DNA of 64,000 nt from Octopus sinensis. Taxonomy: Eukaryota. The position numbers were made by a program, and so were the translations under genes. The notes beneath the pieces were generated by a model. It was not told where the DNA came from. It was given only the letters and a program-made list of their open reading frames with translations, and did no database searches. The DNA is taken from positions 85,188,001 through 85,252,000 of the forward strand of contig NC_043006.1 in the NCBI RefSeq assembly GCF_006345805.1, in the 5' to 3' direction. This document shows, piece after piece, positions 13,130 to 26,717 of the stretch (position 1 is the first letter of the stretch; each line of letters opens with the position of its first letter).

Positions 13130-13853
13130 TATATGCTTCTGTTTTTTTCATTTTAAGTTACCTGATGGCTTCATACTGTCTTTGCCAATCTTTGCACGCA
13201 CACACACACACACAGCAATATCTTGGAAAATAAACTGTGGTTTCTCTATTTAAAACATGAACTTCACTAGTGAAATTTGAGAGAAAATATATTCCATTAC
13301 TCTGAATACAAAATATTGTGATGATTTACTTTTAAAGTCAGTTATAGAATGAATTGCAAATTTTAATTTCCTTTCAGTCCATTTTAGATTTTTCTTTTCT
13401 TTTTTTTTTTTTTTTTAATTAGTGATGCTGTTTTGAAACAGAAATTGATATTCTGTTATAAATGGTTATATCTACAATTTGTATAAGCTTTTCAGAACTT
13501 ATTTCACACATTTTTAATTAAATTTCATTAGATGCTAAGCTAACTATTATTGATATTTTTCTATATGATAGATCTGATTAAAGAATTGAAATATTAATCT
13601 TGTTTACACAAGATTTGCAAAGTAGCACAACCAAAATTTTCCTCAAAACAAATGAAGAAATGCTAATCATTTGTAAAGGACTATTCCATTTTCTTTCTTC
13701 TTTTTTTTTTTCTTTTACTTAACACCTTTAGTGTGAAATAGCTTAAATGTAGTTAATCTAGAGACTTAATTAAAATTGTTTTTTGAAAAATCTGTCATCA
13801 GAACAAATATATTTTCTGTGTGTGTGTGTGTGTGTACACACACACACACATAT

Positions 13854-13897
<44 letters not shown>

Positions 13898-15707
13898 TAT
13901 ATATATATATATAAGGGTGGAAAGCTGTTTATATTTTGGTTTCGTTATGCCAAAATTTGCTGATTGTTCTTAAAGAATTGTTCTTCATTAAAATTTGATA
14001 TTTTAAAACTTAAATTTTAATAAGTTAGAAAATCAGAAGATTCTAAATTTGTTTTTGATTTATATTCCCTACAAATAAACTAAGAATGAAGTGAGATTTT
14101 GAGGGGTTTTGTTTCTTTTTAAGAATTTGTCTTAAAATAATTTTCTAGGAAAATTTTGAAGATGAAAAGTTAAAATTAACATTATTTGTTTAAAAAAAAA
14201 TTTTTTTTTTTTTGTGTCTCTTTCAGATTTTTGAAAAGTTATATTCTAAAATGACCTAAGTTCTTGAGAGCACTTCATCTTATCAGCTTACCATAATCTT
14301 AGAAATTTTAATTCTATCAATTAATTATTTCTGCTCTGAGTAGAAAATATTGTGATAGATATTCTTCAAATCTGTCATAACATCTTTGTCTGCCATGTTA
14401 CACTCTCTTTTGTCTCTGTTTTTTAGTTCCATCTTTTCTCTAAAATTTCAAAATTGTCCTTGTCTGGCAAGTGATTTGATCTTGGGACTCTGTTTTGAAA
14501 CCTAAGCAATAACAGTATGAATGACTTATTTTAGCCATTGAAAAAAACACACAAACACTATTAACTTTGCTTATTTATTATTCAGTGAAAAAATTTCCAT
14601 CACACAGACTGTGACCTGGTCACTACTGACACAGTTCCTAAAAAAAATGTTGACTTTGCTTAATCATTTATTATTTGACACCAAAATAATAATTAAGTGA
14701 AGTTCCAGTTTTGTGTGTTTTTCAATGGTTATTAATCTGTCTTCCACAGTTATTGCTTCCCTAAAGTTATTTTCCATATAAATGTTTCTTATATTTTCTT
14801 TTGAGAGACTTGGTGACATGCGATCTAGCTAATGAATAACTTAGTTGAATAAGATAGTTGAATACAAAATTACAACAATTTTAAATTTGGGGGAGGTTAA
14901 ATCTTGTCTCCATTTTTTTTTTTAAAGAAAATATTTATTTTTACAAACCTAGGATGAATTTTCATACCATTTATCCAAGTCCTTCATTTGTAACTGTAAC
15001 ATTAGCATGCTTCTAATCATTTTATACAAAACCATGCTTCTTTACTAACATAACTCCCTAAATGCTAACCAAACTAATGCAACATTGTTCTGAATCTTTC
15101 ATTGATGAGTTACTTTAATTAATCATTTTGTGTGTGTGTGTCTGTGTGTGTGTTATATAAAAATTTTAGTTAAATTATTGCATGCATATTTTTTTCATTT
15201 AAAATTTTTTTTTTTAATTTTAATAAATCATTTTTAACTTTAAACACGTCTTTGAATTTTACCTTTTCCTCTACTCCAACCCGCATCTCTCATTCTTTTA
15301 TTAATTTGTTAAACGAGTTACTCCTTAACGCTCATCATTTTTCTCAAAATCATTTTTTTTCCCCCTCCATTTAGTTAACATGCCATTATAGCTTAGTTCC
15401 AAAGAATGCTGCATCCTTCCACCACAGAGCAGTTGTGGAATCATCACGCACACCTATTTCTTCCGAACGATGCTGTACCTAAGCATTTCTTCTCATGCTA
15501 TTGCTACAATCACCAGAATGAGAATCTCTGAGATCATTAGCTTTCATCATGCACTTCTGCCCCACCAACTTTTTTTTTCCTTCCCTTCTCATTGCCTTCG
15601 GTTTTTTTTCTTTTCTTTTTTTTTTCTGTGGGTGGTCTTTCTTTCTTTCTTTCATTCATTCATTTTTTTTTTAGCATGTCCATTATGTTTTTTTTTATTA
15701 CACACAG

Positions 15708-15827
15708 CAGCTTCCTCTGCCTGGCTCTGTCCGTCTAACAAGCGTTTCATCCCAAGACTCCGGCTTCACTTCACAGGATGCCCTGTTTTTGAGATCAACT
15801 ACTCCACCATTCCTCCACCTGAGACAG
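15708..15827 (+). CDS. MTSS1: MTSS1-like exon (QLPLPGSVRLTSVSSQDSGFTSQDALFLRSTTPPFLHLRQ)
   Basis: Long pyrimidine tract, tandem CAGCAG acceptor (15705-15710), 120 nt phase 0-0, donor CAG|GTATGG. Contains the MTSS-family motif VRL.SVSS.DSGF.SQD. This frame is not shown in the ORF track. Confidence 0.92.
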
Positions 15828-16110
15828 GTATGGAGATTCCACTGTTGAAAGCACGTCAGTACTCACTGCCACACTGACCGACCTCCCAGTTAGCTGCTGT
15901 GCAGTTGGGAGTACACAGTCACGCATGGCTCTTCTCTTCCTCTCTATCTCACTCACTCTTTCTTTCTCTTTCTCTCTGTTCCTTTATCTCTCTCTCTCTC
16001 TCTCTCTCTGTCTACCTGCCTCTATATTTCTCTTTCACTCCATCTCATTCTTTCACTATTTTCTCATGAGCAGTTCTATCTACTTACTCCCTTACATCAT
16101 ATATACTCTC

Positions 16111-16165
<55 letters not shown>

Positions 16166-17626
16166 CCATATTGCTGTATGACTGTATAACTGAGCGCATG
16201 CATCTCTGTTTATTCCTGGGTGGATGTGTGCATGCTTTCAAAGAGTTTGTTTTCGTTGTTTTTTTTGTTTTGTTTTTTTCACTGCAATCATTACACATGT
16301 ATATATGTGTGTATGTTTGTGCGTGTGTGTGATAGTATATGAGTATGAATCTGATTTAACACATACAGTTTTCCTACAATGCATCCAAGGTGTTTTGCAT
16401 GGTCTCTAGTTAACATTGTCTAAAACACACATTTTGAATAACTCTTTATTATTGTTATTTATTTTCCTACTCATGTTTAATTAATTTCATTTTTCATTGT
16501 TTATTTTTATTATTATTATTTGTTGTTTTATTTGTTGTTTTATTTGTTATTTACTTGTTTACCCCTATATTTCATTTACTCATTATCATCATTACATCAA
16601 ATTTTTTTTTTACAGAATTAGGGTGTCACATTAAAACCCTTCTTTAGTGTTTGGTTTTGTCCATCCACTTCTCCACTCCAAAATCGAATCTCATTATCCC
16701 CCTACTTGTTCCTTCTTTATCTTTCACCATTCTAAGGCTAGCACAAGCTATGTACTGGGAGGTGGAGGTGTCAATTCAGTTCACTGTACTCTTTTCTTTT
16801 TTTTTTCTTTACAAAGCGATGGCTCAAGACCAACATAATAAAGGATCTTATCTAAACATACCTTCAATTGCTTTAGGAATTACTTGTCTTAAGAAGAGCA
16901 AATGGTATCCTTATTGAAATCTGAAATACTCAAATAGTTTCAGAAGTAAAGATTGGTAGATGACTTCAATGCTTAGAAGAGAAAGGGAGGAAATAGAAAT
17001 TGCAATTTTGAATTTACTTTGCAATAACTTTGGTCAGAAACCTTGTGTTAAAACTGATATTGTTATATTTAGGAAGAGTAATAATTGATAAAATCTACAA
17101 ACATAATCACTGGTTGTTGTTAGTCTATATTTCACTTCTTTTTTTTTTACTATTGCGAAAACATGCAAATTTTTTCTCTTTTTTTTTTTTTACTTAAAAC
17201 TTGGAACCAAACATTTAAAAAACAAAATTAAGAAAGCTATAGATTGTTATAATGAAAAATATTTGGGGTGAGGGGTTTTTTGGAAAAGAAAGAGAAGGGA
17301 AATATTGACAAACGGCTAGTGAATGTGTTTATAGGCCTTATCAATCAAGATTCCTCCCAAATATAACAACACTGGAATTTCAAATTCAAATTTCATATAG
17401 TTCATGCAAGAAAGATTTTGCATTTGCTTCATGTCTGACAGGCCCTGTAGTAGTAAGGGATGATATTTTTTGTTGATCTGTAGTCATTTATATAAGACAT
17501 AATAATGAAGGATCATTTTTCTTTTTGGAGTATCATAAAAGGTCTTCTCTTTGTTAACTGTTCCATAAACCCTTGATTTTCTCATATGATATTGATACCT
17601 GCAGTAAATTGCTTTGCAGATCATTC

Positions 17627-17890
17627 ATCATCATCATCATCGTTTAGCGTCCGTTTTCCATGCTAGCATGGGTTGGACGGTTCTACTGGGGTCTGTGAAG
17701 CCAGAAGGCTTCATCAGGCCCAGTCAAATCTGGCAGTGTTTCTACGGCTGGATGCCCTTCCTAACGCCAACCACTCCGTGAGTGTAGTGGGTGCTTTTTA
17801 CGTGCCACCCGCACTGGTGCCAGACAGAGCTGGCAAACGGCCACGAACGGATGGTGCTTTTTATGTGCCACCGGCACGAGGGCCAGGCGA
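17627..17890 (-). mobile_element. (GAT)n-tailed SINE / non-autonomous retroelement family, antisense copy
   Basis: catcatcatc-gtttagcgtccgttttccatgctagcatgggttggacg...; related copies at 41572-41870, 47921-48190 and 56809-57050 (-), and 32350-32560, 38376-38780, 55505-55730, 56117-56257 and 60030-60190 (+). Confidence 0.85.
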
Positions 17891-17904
17891 GATATATATA
17901 TATA

Positions 17905-18766
17905 CAGGGTGTGGTGAATAAACTATCATCTAAATTATGCAAAAATGAAAATAACACTAACATTTCATTTTAACAGATATATTTACCAAAATTACATAAA
18001 AATACTAATGGGTAAACTTATTCAATAAAATCACCATTGGCTTCAACCTTAGCCTCCAGACGACTTTGGACTCTCCTGCAACTTTTCTGGATGGTCTCCT
18101 TGTTTAAGTTGGTTAATGCTGCCATAATCCTTGCCTTCAGTTCATCTTTGGTGTTACAAGGAGTTTTGTTGGTCTCTCTCTCTCAACTGTGCCTCACATG
18201 TAATAATCAAGAGGGTTGCAGTCTGCAGAGATAGATATGATATTAGGGTTGGTATGGTTGCAGAAATTGTCTGACAGCTATGACTGGGTTCTCCTGTTTG
18301 TGTGGTATGGTGCAGAGTCTGTTGCCAGACATAGGGTCTTCCAGCAGCCACCTTCTTGACCCAGGGCAGAACTACTTCCTTCACGCACTTGATGTAGGCC
18401 TCCATGTTGAGTCTGAGGCCATGTGGGAAGATGATTGAAGGCATAACATCGCCATCTCTAGTGATCACTGCAAACCCCATGATGTTGACTAGATATTTGA
18501 TTTTTATCACTCTCAGTACATGTCCTCAGATTGACACCCTATACACTCTGAAATATTCATATTGGAGCTTCCAGCATGAATGTCAAGCAGTACAGCATGC
18601 CATTTCCAAATTTCTGACAGAGTGAATTATGTCATGGTGCTGTTTTTCTCACAGACGGTGCCCAACCAGCCCTACTATACTGTGTAGTTGACAATATCAC
18701 AAACAAACAATGCACATGCGCAAAATTAAAAATATAAAATGCTGTCAATTTACCCATTACACCCTG
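17905..18766 (-). mobile_element. Internally deleted Tc1/mariner (maT/DD37D-like) transposon relic
   Basis: TA|CAGGGTGT ... ACACCCTG|TA ends. Minus-strand peptides VITRDGDVMPSIIFPHGLRLN.EAYIKC.KEVVLPWVKKVAAGRPYVWQQ and ADCNPLDYY..TVERETNKTPCNTKDELKARI...EANGDFIE*. The N-terminal HTH start is joined to the catalytic region by a deletion, with stops and frameshifts. Confidence 0.88.
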
Positions 18767-20208
18767 TATATGTATGTATGTATATATTATTGTAGTCAAG
18801 TAAAATCATGTTTAGCATAGTAAAACAGTGAATGATGTGTTTGCTGACATACAAACAGCTTGGTCAAGCTCAAATTAAATAATCAAAGTTACATGAAACA
18901 GCTTTGAATAAAATATATCCATGAAATGTCATATTTATTTAATTCTGGTTAGACCAAGTTCTACAAACACCAACAAAATACTTAACAGCATTTCTTCCAG
19001 CTCTTCACATTCTGAGTTCCATTACTACCAAGGTCAACTTTGCTTTTCATCCTTTCGGGGGTTGATGAGATAAAAGTAGCAATTGAACAATAGAGTCAAT
19101 GTAATCGACTCACCCCCTCCCTTAAAATTGTAAACCTTGAGACTATAGTAGAAAGGATTATTATTATTATTATTATTTAGTATTATTTTGTTACTCAAGA
19201 CAGAAGTGTATAAGACTTTAAATCTAAGCTAAACTTTTAAATAAAAGCCAAATAAATTAAAGTTAGCTGAAGTTCATTCTAACCTATTCTGGCTTTAGAA
19301 TCTTTTGTGTTTTTTTTTTTAATTATTGTTATGAATGCCGCAGTATATTTTTGTTGTTATTGTTGGTCTGTTGAGTAAAGAATCTGTTTTATTTTAGATG
19401 TCACAGTGAGATGGTGGGAGGAGGGGGTTCGTTTGTAAATGCTCTGATAATGCTTAAAGACAAATGCTTTCTATTATTTTATTATTTTGCCTGTTTTTTT
19501 TGTTGTTATCTGCTTTAACAACAACTTTCAAATGATAGAACATTACATTTACACATGCACACACACAAATATATATGAGCCTATATATATATATGAGCTT
19601 TTATATATGCTCATCCATTTTACATTTGTTTTTCATACTGGTTTGGCTTGTGGCTTGGGATGGGTTATTTCAGTTCATGTGGATTCTTATTTGAAGTTAC
19701 TGCCCTTCTACAGAGGAAACTTGCAATATGGTTCGGCTGAGCCAACATCTCATTCTTGTTCTGTTTTTAGCTTGGCTTCAATATCTGAACACTCTTCTTA
19801 TTGCCAGCTGCTTTACAATGTGTGCTGCCCACTTGCTACATGCCAGTGGTACTAGAGAGGTTGTTTCATGTAAGCATGAAGAGTGACCTCTATTCTGAAT
19901 TAGTTTTATTTGTATGTGATAGGCTGCACTTGTTGTTGTTCATAGTCTCACCACATCACACCACACTAACTCCTGACTGTCAGATAATATGGTCCTACAT
20001 ACACTGTGCCTAATATATATATATACAAGGGCAAAAGAAAAAAATTCTAGTGCCAAATATGCCGAAAAAGTGTTTTGGCATATTTGGCACTAGAATTTTT
20101 TTTCTTTTGACCTTGTTTATAAGTTGTTTATAAATTTAATCTTTAAAGGTATTTTTTAATATGCTGGCCATTTATAGAATTTTTTTTGAAAAATTTTATC
20201 CTATATTA

Positions 20209-20249
<41 letters not shown>

Positions 20250-20799
20250 ACTAGCACTCCACAGATACACATTCCCTTAATATAGTTCTTGGAGATTCAA
20301 CATGACACAAAGTGCAACAAGGTCAGCTCTTTGAAATACAGGCATTACTCATTTTTGCCCACTGAGTGAAGTGGAGTAACGTGAAATAAAGTGTCTTGCT
20401 CAAGGTCACAAAGCACCGCTAAGTATTGAACTCAGGACCTTACAAGCTTGAGCTGAATACCTGAACCTCTTAGCCACACACCTTCACTATATAAAGATAA
20501 GATGGTCATGATAGAAACTGTTTCCATCATAGCTCAGTCAGGGCTGGTTTATGACTAAGTAACTGTTTGCCAGTGGTCCTAGATACATTGTTGCAAAAAG
20601 ACAAAAGTGCAAAATCAGTGTGATGCTCACAACTGGAATCCATTTTTCATTATGGATTTTGCTGGATCAGAGCTGAACTGAGACTAAATACTAAACTACA
20701 TGCTCAAGTGAAACAATTGAAAATTAAAAAAGAGAATTGATTTTTCTTATTTAAAGACAACATTCATATATTTAACCATCACATTACTTATTGATCCTT

Positions 20800-21200
20800 G
20801 CCTTCATCTCCCACTACTTACCTTTGTCCATCCTTATCTGAGCATTGCTCCAATGTATGAAATTAGTTGGCTGCAATCTTTTCACATCAAATTCTTGATC
20901 GCAGAGTCTCTAGACCCACACTCAACCTCTGTCAGAAAATTCAGCAAATCTCGATTCATCAGAGAATATGACAGTGTCCCAAAATGCTATTGGCCTCTCC
21001 ACCATCTGACTGGCCCAATTTTTTCTCCACTTGATGTTGGCTGGTCAAAGAAGTGACTTTCCTTCTTGCTGCTCTGCCACAGTAACCAAGTTTGTGAAGA
21101 TACTTGATAGCTGTTCTGAAACTGACATCAACTTGTTCTGCTATGTCAGAGGCCTTGCAACAAGGATTGTCCTCCATACTTCTCTTAGCAAAGAGAAGGG
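20800..21200 (-). mobile_element. Tc1 (DD34E-type) transposase relic
   Basis: Minus-strand frames give VSFRTAIKYLHKLGYCGRAARRK and ERPIAFWDTVIFSDESRF, with frameshift and stops. Boundaries are approximate. Confidence 0.8.
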
Positions 21201-21630
21201 TCCTGGTTGATCTGGGTGAGGTGATGTAGACTCCTTTCCCTCTCTGGTGAATTGCACAATCACTCTATTAACTATAGAAAGCAGGATCCCAAGGGTTTCT
21301 GCAATTTTATGCCATGACATAATTAAACAGTTACATGTAGAATCTGAAACTTTAAAATATCAATTAATAAAGAACATAAACCTTTACAAGTTAGAATAAA
21401 CATAAAATGATGTTTAAGGGGTGTCTATTTACTTCTGCCGTGTCTGATTTAAATAGAAAAAGGTTAACTGTGATTTCAAAGATTTGGCTTGCCCACCTTT
21501 GTCTGACAAAGGCAATCAAGTCCAAACTTGAAAAATTGTGATAAATATGGTACTCTACTAAAAAGTATTGAGTAATATTTCAGTTTAATGTTAAATTATT
21601 TTTACATATAACTTGACATAAAAACAAACA

Positions 21631-21688
<58 letters not shown>

Positions 21689-21942
21689 TAGAGGCTGCTT
21701 ATTATAATCATAAATAGTGTTATCAAATGGTTATTATCTAAGTTAGTGAGTCCCAAACACACTCGGGAGTATTGTCATATCCTCTGTTTTATGTTATCTG
21801 CTGGCTTGTTATTTCAAAGGATTCTTCCGCAAAGCGATCGCAATGAACTGATTTCATTTATATGTGCATGCACATGATATTGTTTTCATTTCTAGATTCT
21901 TATTCTCTAAACCTAGCTTGTTAAATTTTCTTCAAATTTAAG

Positions 21943-21987
21943 GAGAAAACCGAGGACATTTCTGAGGAGAACCTTACTGCTGAACAA
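21943..21987 (+). CDS. MTSS1: Small 45-nt exon (EKTEDISEENLTAEQ), probable MTSS1-like exon
   Basis: Acceptor ttttcttcaaatttaAG, purine-rich open 15 codons, strong donor CAA|GTAAGC. Phase 0-0 fits the neighbouring exons. No homology recognised. Confidence 0.7.
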
Positions 21988-22363
21988 GTAAGCACTGTAA
22001 ACCATTTTGCTGATTGCAAATAGCCTCTGGTCAGCAGCTCTTCACCATTCTCAACTAAGCATGCTGATGCATTGCAGACTCATACTTTATCCTGATTCCA
22101 AACTGCCTGCAAAGCAGAACTCTGTGCTACTCTTAACAGATAGACTCACCTAAACAAGCCCCATGATACAAGAAAGATTCCCCTTCCACTAATTAAAGAA
22201 TTTCAGTAGTAATTGTATATGTCATTACTTCTACAGCACTTGTCTCACTAACAATAAGAAAGCATGGATTCCATTTACATCTTTACTAACAGTTAACAAT
22301 AATTATATTTACATATACAGAATTCATTTTTTTTAACAGTAGAAAAGCTATAAACAATATATA

Positions 22364-22705
22364 TGGTATGGCTGTGTGGTAAGAAGCTTGTTTCCCAACC
22401 ACATGGCTTTGGGTTCAGTCTCACTGTGTGGAACCTTAGTCAATTGTCTTCTACTGTAGTCTCAGGTTGACCAAAGCCTTGTGAGTGGATTTGATAGTTG
22501 AAAACTGAAAGAAATGTGTGTGTGTGTTTGAGTTTGTATTTGTCTCCACCTCTGCTTGACAACTGATAATTTAGAATCTTGGAGAAAGAATATGTATCGA
22601 ATTGAACAGTACTGGGGTCAATTCGTTTTACTAAAACTTCTTCAAGAAGGTGCTCCAGCATGGCTGTGGTCTAATGACTGAAACAAGTAAAAGAATAAAA
22701 TAAAA
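22364..22705 (+). mobile_element. Older copy of the microsatellite-containing tRNA-SINE
   Basis: Head tggctgtgtggtaagaagc...gggttcagtc, short (TG)n, tail gactgaaacaagtaaaaga. Confidence 0.8.
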
Positions 22706-23138
22706 GAAATGTATATATTGGGTTAACAAAAAAAAAAAAAAGAACCTTTGACTTTTCTATCAAATGGTTTTTTAACCTAATATTTACATGCTATTATTTA
22801 TAGCTTTTGTACTTAGAATTCAGCTGTTAAAAACAAATTATTTCATGTTCACTCAAAGTTTCTAAATTCTTATAACATCATTTCATACACACACACATAC
22901 ACATATAAAATATAAATTTGTCAAACCAGAACATGCTAGTCTACCTGACGAAAGCATTTTTATTTTTACTTATTTATTGAACTATTACTCGACATTTTAA
23001 TGTTAAGCAATAAAATAACCCCCTCTTTATTTTTATGTATCATCAATATCTCTTGCGGCAGCTTCAGATATTATCATAAATTACCTGTACATTCACCTGC
23101 TTTGTTTCCTCTCTTGCTTTTATTTCATTTATTTACAG

Positions 23139-23141
23139 GAA
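23139..23141 (+). other. Candidate 3-nt microexon (GAA)
   Basis: cctgctttgtttcctctcttgcttttatttcatttatttacAG|GAA|GTTAGT; frame-preserving; TGC motifs in the pyrimidine tract. Confidence 0.3.
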
Positions 23142-24236
23142 GTTAGTCAGTTCTGGAGATTTAAATAACTTTCTTTCTGAACTCCTTTCTCTAATATTAA
23201 CCATATGAGACTATAATGTGATAACTTTATTTCAGTTGACCATTTTGGTTAACTAGAGAGGAATTAAGCTTATTTGTCTAAGCCAATTTTTTTCATGAAC
23301 AACTGGGTCCATTCCACCTGATGTTGAACTCTAATTTCTGTAGATAATACAAATCTCTCCAAGACAGCATTTTAGTCCATTCCAATTACAAAGCTTTTAA
23401 ATTGTGACTTTTTTTTTATATCAGTAGCTATGCACATCCATCACGTGTCTATGTTGCTTTGATGAGAGACTTGAAAACAAGTCAGATATGGTATCCGTGG
23501 CACAACATATCTTCCTGTCTTCATTGGTCAACATAAACTCTATATAATCTGCTTTATCTTATAATCCAACGATCCTAATTCCTCACTTATAATTAAGTGT
23601 TCACTGTTATTAAAAATAATTTCTTTCACTGTAGTCTTCATTGAGGATAAGATAAACTAATCTCTGACCTTTTTTTTTTAATCCTCTTTGGTCGCTTGTT
23701 AATTAGATTAAATGTTATTGCTGTTGTCCCTCTTGCTGAAGTCAGCAGGTGGGGGGATTAACAGCTTTCCAGAAAGAGTCTTTTGAATCTTATTATATTT
23801 CTTCAGTCATTGAACATGTTTTTGAATGCAGCTTGTAATTCTGTCTCAGGCTTCAATATTGAAATTAGAATGTATTCGAAAGTAATTTCAACTTGAAAAT
23901 TCATTCAAAATTGTCTGTGTTTAGAGCATTGTGCTTATAATCATGAGGGAATGAGTTTGATTCCTAGACTGTGTGTTGTGTTCTTGAGCAAGACACTTTA
24001 TTTCACGTGTTCTAGTTAACTCAGCTGTAGAAATGAGTTGTGGTGTCACTGGTGCCAAGCTATATCGGCCTTTGACTTTCCCTTGGATAACATCAGTGAC
24101 ATTGAGAGGAGAGGCTGGCATACATGGATGACTGCTGGTCTTCCATAAACAATCTTGCCCAGACTTGTGCCTCGAAGGGGAACTTTCTAGGTGCAATCCG
24201 ATGGTCATTCATGACTAAAGGGAATCTTCTCTTTCT

Positions 24237-24279
<43 letters not shown>

Positions 24280-24280
<1 letters not shown>

Positions 24281-24470
24281 CTAATTTAGAGACGAACCAC
24301 CATTTCACAACTCAGTCAATGAAGAACCTGTCCAAAACCATGCTGTGAGACATATAACATACAAAACATCTTCAAGACTGAACATATGTATGTTATATGT
24401 CTGACAGCATGGTTTTGGATGGGTTCTTCATTGACTGAGTTGTGAAATGGTGGTTCGTCTCTAAATTAGT
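24280..24470. repeat. 84-bp-arm foldback with a 23-nt loop, next to (TA)n; MITE-like or Penelope-like inverted terminus
   Basis: 24280-24363 is the reverse complement of 24387-24470 with 3 differences. Confidence 0.9.
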
Positions 24471-26717
24471 CATATACATATATTATATATTATGAATTTC
24501 GGTATATTATTATTATTATACTGAATTTAACCTGTAAGGCTGGAATAATAATTTATTCCCTAATATTATTATTATATAAAGTTCATTTTTATTGTGCTAG
24601 TGTAATGACTTCAAAAAAAAAAATTATGCAGTTCAATTAAAAAGAGAAATTATTAACAAGGACATTTATTAAGCAACTTTTCAGCATTTAACATAGTCTT
24701 TTCACTTTACTCGGGATATCCAGGTCTAGTTTTATATTTTCCTAGATTGTTTTGGTTTGATTATCAGTCCCACGGATAGCTATATCTTTTAAAACTAAAG
24801 ATTGACCAGTTTCTATGTCAGGTGAACCTTTTCATAGTTATCTCAAAACTAACATGATAAAACTCACCAGCACCACTTTATTAACAGCATGTATCGATTC
24901 CACTTAGCTGGGGAAATGAACTTGATATATCCTAAGTAGATCATACAGTGACCTAACACTCACGGACAAGGAAAATATATTTAATTCTAAGCACTCACAG
25001 AAAATACCAGTAAAAACTGACAACAAATGAAAGCTCCATGTTGGTTGGAATACAGCATGCTTTTATTTATTTTATATTTTCATCTGAGGAATTTTAAGAG
25101 ATTACTAGTGATTTATATTGGTAAGAATAATTTCATTTGAAAGCAAAGACAGAAAAATACTGCAAGGTAGGCTGAAAGTTATCTTGTAAAAACCACAAAA
25201 AAAGAAAAGCTTGAAGCATTAGGTATTTTTTCAGTCGCTTTTGATGTTTGTTCAGTCTCTGTAAAAAAATCCTTGTGGTCCAAGCTATTTTTTTCTTTAT
25301 TTTCTTTGTCTTATATGAAAAGATAAATAAAATATATCATGTGTTATTGAAGAAATAAGTGTGTTCAAAGTGTACTAGTTTAGCATCATTTCCTCTCATT
25401 GTTGTAATATAGTGCATACAGTTCCTATCTAACCTCCTCATCCCCTTCATTGTGCTGCATGTCCTCAATACAGATATTTTTTTTCTTCATCCATCTCTTT
25501 CTTAAAAGCCTTTATCAATGGCAGTGTTGTATAGCTTTATTCTTCAAGCTATTAGAAAGGAGAGAAAAAAAACACTTTGGGTCCAAAAGCTGTTTTTTAA
25601 AAAAGAATTACATTTCTACATAACAGTTAAAGAGATTTTCATCTACTAATGGCTGTGTTTTACCACTTTATTCTTTAAGCTATTAATCAAGTAGGCGGGA
25701 TTAACCCATTCTTTGAGAAGAATTAAACCATTCTTTGAGAAGAATTTAAAAACTTATACAGAGCAATAAAGGAAATTTTGGTCATATCTGTTTCAGGAAT
25801 CCATCCTTCGGAAATTGATTCTCTCTTGGATTTTAACTCTGTGAGCCTAATTCAAATAATTCTTCCAATTAATTTCCATATCTATTTTCAAAAAGGAATT
25901 ATGCAATGAAAGCCAGTAAAATGGTCTTCCTTGACAGAAGTCAGATGAATTAAATACTCTCGATTTTTCTTCTAAAGATTTCTTCTTTTCAGCATATGTT
26001 TCTTTCAAGATTTTCATATCTTGTATTATATTTTAGTGTTGTAATTAGTCCAGCTGTTGATATTTGTTCTGTCTGTGACTCCCACCACTTCCTTTATTCA
26101 TCATTGTCTCTCTATTGGTTCCCTCCCCAAAAAATACACTCATCCTATCATTCTGGTTTTGTTGCAGAAGGTAGTGAACTTAAGTCTCTAATTAGTGCTG
26201 CCAATGTTGACTATATTTGCAGCAGCCTTTCTAAATTGATTACCATTAATATCCAGAAATAATCACAGAATATTTGGATTCAGTGCCAAGATCACATTTG
26301 TCTATATGTGTCATTTCCTGGTTGCAGCCTTTTGTGTCTTAATGTTCTCTGGTACAGTAACATTATCTGGTCTTTCCCACGTGCTTTTCCGACAGGCACC
26401 TGCTGTCAATTAACATTTAGAAAAATGTTTCAGTGTGGTTGATGTTGAGCCAGCATTGATTAATAGAGATTAATGTAGTATTTAAAGAAAAACTACAGTC
26501 AAAGATTTAACCTCATTTTCTATTAGAAACAGATAAGACATTTCATTTGGGGAGTATGATTTGATTAGTAATTTTACAAGATTTTCTATCTATATCATTA
26601 TATATATATATATATAATATATATATATATATATAATTAGCTAGTTGTCCACAAATCAGGAAAAAAAGTACACTCGATATGAGTAACAAAGTGGTTATAT
26701 TTTTATCTAGCAATAAG

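Noticed and set aside
15396-15482. Coding-looking stretch VPKNAASFHHRAVVESSRTPISSER upstream of the 15708 exon
   Set aside because: There is an acceptor-like AG but no credible donor before the stop codon.
16817-16905. Acceptor plus ORF MAQDQHNKGSYLNIPSIALG...
   Set aside because: The phases (1 to 2) do not fit the flanking phase-0 exons, and no homology was recognised.
19715-19850. Exon-like segment after ttctacAG
   Set aside because: Phase 0 hits a stop within 9 codons; the open frames are incompatible with the neighbours and the donor is weak.
25990-26420. Possible LINE RT N-terminal relic on the minus strand (GKARGKD...)
   Set aside because: Only one loosely matching motif with many stops.
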